Source: Lepidodermella squamata
Lineage: Eukaryota > Animalia > Gastrotricha
NCBI GenBank assembly: GCA_047495785.1
Contig: JBLDXI010000009.1
Location: 2,976,001 to 3,040,000 of the forward strand
Length of the DNA: 64,000 nucleotides
Direction of reading: 5' to 3'
Shown: positions 60,128 to 64,000 of the stretch, piece by piece
Layout: each line of letters starts with the position of its first letter
Numbering within the stretch: the stretch's first letter is position 1
Position numbers and translations under genes: made by a program
Notes under the pieces: generated by a model
What the model was told of the DNA's origin: nothing
Database searches by the model: none
What the model saw: only the letters and a program-made list of their open reading frames with translations

Positions 60128-63100
60128 TTAGTTGGTTTTATTGACGTTGTGGTGATGGGCGTTTGGCGGGTTGTGAGGGCTATGAAGGCTGGCGCTGTTT
60201 CGCCCGCTTGGATGATCAGGAGCCGTAGCAGCCACGCTTCGATGACCCGGCGAGTTCGGTCGTTTAGCTGTTGGCTTCGGCGATACGGACGAGCTGAGAT
60301 CACTCATCGCCTTGGCGCCAGAATTAACTGGCTGACGAGGTGGGGAAGCTTCGTATTCGTCGTAGAATTGCTTTGTTTCTCCAACAATTTCGCTTGAATT
60401 CACGTGGTCGGTGATGAATTTTTCGATTTTGTCGACGCAAGCGTCCTGGTAGTCGTGCAGCCATTTGATAGTGTTCAAACTGCAGACTGATCGAATGTCG
60501 GCCGGCAGTGAGTTGGGCGATGCTGGCCATGTGAAAAAGTTGTCCGCGACTGGAATTATGTTGCAGTTGGCGTGCATTGCGGCGTAGATTTCCCGGTGAA
60601 CCCAGTCGCGCCGGTCTTCGTCACCCAGGGTGCCATCTAGGCACCCGCCGGTTAGCACGAGCAGGAAATGGCGACTAGCGCTTATTGTTTCGACGAGGCG
60701 GTCGTAGCAGAGGCCGGAGGAGAGGTCGGTTACGTCGAGAAACACGCGATAGCCCCGCATTTCCAGGTAGACTTTGAGCAAACTCGCCAACTGAGAGCCC
60801 GAGGCTCGCCTATAACAAAGAAATGCGTAAATTGGGACATCGAAAAAAATAATTGAAAAAAATTAATTAAAATTTTAAATTAAAATTTCCTATAAAAATC
60901 AAAATTTTACTAATCAAATATTTTTAATTTAATTATTTTCCAGATTTTGCTAACCATTTAATTGTTAATTAATTTTTTTTAAAGGCGAAAAATCGATCTA
61001 TCAAAGAAAAAATTGATATCGAAAAAAATCTGTAAAATTTCGAACTTGAACCAAAATTTTAATCGAACAATAATCAAACCAATGTTATTGATATTTTTTA
61101 CTGATCTGATCTGATTCTTACTTGTAACAGATGAAAACGTCGTAAAGCCATTTATTTGGGACATGCGCCGATTTCGAAGTTTCATTTCTCGACGCTTGCG
61201 AAGATCTCGAGACTCGATCGCGCGGCGCCGCTGATAAGCAATTCGAAGCCATCAAAATTTGCTGCCTATGAACGCTGTTCGAAATGCCGCAGTCCGCCGC
61301 CAGCATCGCCTCGTCAAGCTGGCCATTAATCGCGAAATGGTGATCAACCCCGGCGTGAATGAACGAATACGTGTATTGCCTCAGTTTCGGCTCAATCCTA
61401 GTCAGAAAGCCGTCAACGTCCGATGTATCGAACCCGGAATAGTCAGCCATCATTTTAAGGTGGCTCAAGTGACGCGTGAATAGCGCTAGTTTCGCCTTAT
61501 TTGCCGCTTGGCTGAACAGGGCTTGTTTCAGCTCTTGAAACGGCATCGTTAGCAGCAGATCGCCGTCTAAAAATTCCGTCGCGCTTTTCGCCTCTTCGTC
61601 CAGGGCTAAACCAACGCATGACGTCAACCACCGCCTGACATCAAGCACCGACCACTGCGGGACTCGGCTTGATAAACGCTGCGTTGAGATCGATTTTTGA
61701 TTTTGCGCGGCGATTTTTTGCAAAATCGAAGCCGCTAATCGATTCGCGAGGCTGTTAGGCGATTCAGCGATCTCGAGCAAAGGCTGCATGAAGGCATTTG
61801 TTCGAACGTAATCGTCGACTAGGCCTGTCCCTAGAACACGTTCCAACTCGACTGCGATGTGGAAAAGGGCCATTCCTTGGATTTCGGGCGCGAAACCAAC
61901 ACGACCTGGTCCAGTTGCCACAGCGGTTTCGATGAAACGCTTCAGCCAAGATTCAGGCTTAACAGCGATCGACATAGGCCCACGTCGAACCAGTAAGGAA
62001 CAAGCGGCGAATGGGAAGGCATTAGGCGAATTGCCGGGTTTGGTCAAAAACGCGGCCATACTGGCTCGAATTGCGCGGTCATCGCTGCCGAAGCGTGAGA
62101 ACGATGACGATGAATCATCGCTGTCATTCAATCGGTGGAACGAAACGGCTGATAATAGGGCGAAATATTGCGCGACTGGGTTGTCATCGGCGTTGCAAAT
62201 CGGTAGGATAAGCTTGTCGATTGCGTTGGCTTGGCTGATGATTTGCTGGTGATGAGCGCCTGATTGAAGAAGAGTGGCTAACGTTGCGACAGAAGCGGAC
62301 AGGGTTGACTGGATCTGATTCAGCTCGGTTGAGGGCGATGAGGACAGGACGCTGGGTAGAATTCGCAGACCCAGGGAAACTGCATCCAAAACTCCGTTGT
62401 CAAGGGCCTATTGCACAAAAATTTACAGTTCAGCGCTAGATTTCGATTTTTTTATTTTATTTGAAAAATAACTAATTAATTTAAAATTAAAATTAAAATT
62501 AAAATGTTTAGAATTTGTATTCGATTTATTTTCTATTTTTTATTCTAATTATTAATAAACGCTTAATTTAATTTGAAATAATTTTAATTATTTATCCAAC
62601 ATTTTAAATTTCCTCAATTTTTTACTGAATTTAAAATTGAAATTTCTAGAGTAATTTTTAACTCACAGTGCAACAGCTGTCGTTTGAATGGGCCATCAAG
62701 CTGCGAACGATTCCGAACCCAGCCAGGCATAACTCGGCGTCAAAGTCACTGTTCGACGATGCCGTTCGAAGCGCAGCCGCGGCATGGCCGAATAATTGGG
62801 TCAAATCGCCGACCTCCTTCGTCGTCTGCGTTTTGCCATTTTTTTGACCTAATTGCAGCTTCCCAGCCTCTTTCACCTGACTTACAAACCAAATTCGATT
62901 TTCACTGGAAAATGACGAGACCAGTAGTCGGAAAGTGTCTATAGAAAAATTATAAAAAAAATTATAAAAAAAATATTCGAATATTGTTGACTTACTCAGT
63001 CGAAGATCTCGAAGGCTGGTTGTGTTTGACGAAGCTAGGGAGAATGCAAGGGCCAGGGCGCCTTCCTGGCGCACATCACGGCACATCGCCTCAGCGACCT

Positions 63101-64000
63101 CAACACCCCTCTGGCCACCTCGATTCCACGCCTGCTCCAAAATCGCCGACATTTTGCCAGCTAAATCCGCCTGTTGAACTTCAGTATTACTCGCCATGAA
63201 GTGAATAATCAACTGCTTCATCAACGGCGGCATCGCGTCGAGGTCGGGCAGGGATTGCCGGGTCTGTTGAGCGGGCGAGGACGGCTGGGGTTGCGGAACA
63301 GGCTGCTGAACGGCCGGCGAGTCACTCCTGGTCTGCCGGCTCGTTTGCACCACTGATTTTTCAACTACAACAATAGGTTTGCTCGCTTCAGTGGTCGGCG
63401 ACTGGGTTGATTCGGTCCCAGTTAAGGAAGATTGGCGCTTGTGTTGATACGCGACTTTGATCTCCTTGCCCTCTCCATCTGTAACAGACGAGGCGAAAGA
63501 GACGGTTTTAACAACGGAAGGAGTTGTTGACGTGATTGACGTCGTAGTCGAGGTTCCGCCTGCTTCGGTTGCTGACGACATGCTCCGGGTCAATATCATG
63601 CCCGGGGTCGCTGAACCACGACGGAGAACCGTCACGCGAGGCTGGCCACCCGCGGCTAGAACGGCCTCGTTCAACGCTGCCTGAGCCTGTGACGTCCCCT
63701 TCAAAATTTCAGCCTTCAACTTCTCGAAAATCGCCTCGTTGCTAGGCTGCTTCGCCGCAGCAGCAGCGGTAGGGTGTTCAATAACTGTGGCCTGCGACGT
63801 AGCCGAGTCTTGCGAATCAGTTCGGCCTGATTCGCGGAAAGTGACGCGCAACTTTTTGCCCGATTCAGTTCGGGTGAAGAACGTCTTCGATCTCGATGAT
63901 GACGATGACTCAAATGCCGCGTCACCAGCCGCTAGTTCGGCGGCTTCGGAGGCCGAAATCGAGCCTTGCCGTAGGGCAGGCGCCAATTCTTGCTGTCGAT
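60128..64000 (-). CDS. SARM1: SARM1/TIR-1-like NADase (ARM-like region, tandem SAM, TIR); 5' end off the right edge
   Basis: VPQWSVLDVRRWL and LDGDLLL (SAM1), LRQYTYSFI...CGISNSVHRQQIL (SAM2); TIR YDVFICYK|RASGSQLASLLKVYL...VFLDV...DWVHREI...CNIIPV with the catalytic Glu in WVHREI. Confidence 0.88.

Noticed and set aside
52431-63684. Numerous plus-strand ORFs opposite Cav2 and SARM1
   Set aside because: Antisense shadows of coding exons with no independent motifs.

Overview
Compact, intron-containing animal (invertebrate) genomic DNA with short GT-AG introns; the species cannot be identified from sequence alone. Gene order: 5' part of a two-pore (K2P/TWIK) K+ channel (-); two tandem CLCA-like genes (-) flanking a Six4/5 homeobox gene (-); a tetraspanin (-); two GABA-B-like class C GPCRs (-); a small LDLa-domain surface protein (-); an ADAM cluster (+; one LINE-disrupted pseudogene and two intact genes); a complete Cav2-type calcium channel (-); and most of a SARM1/TIR-1-like gene (-). 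Several nested DNA transposons/MITEs with readable TIRs and TSDs sit in introns and spacers. The main unannotated signal is a ~364-nt structured RNA gene present twice, in inverted orientation (12508-12871 minus; 20135-20498 plus). Each copy has a full type-3 Pol III promoter (octamer at about -225, PSE at -64..-46, TATA-like at about -27), a TTTT terminator and 7SK hallmarks (5'/3' closing stem, UUGAUC...GAUC hairpin, 3' terminal hairpin). One copy with its promoter fills almost an entire intron of CLCA-like gene A, and that intron is absent from paralog B. All calls were made by eye; no searches or folding programs were run.
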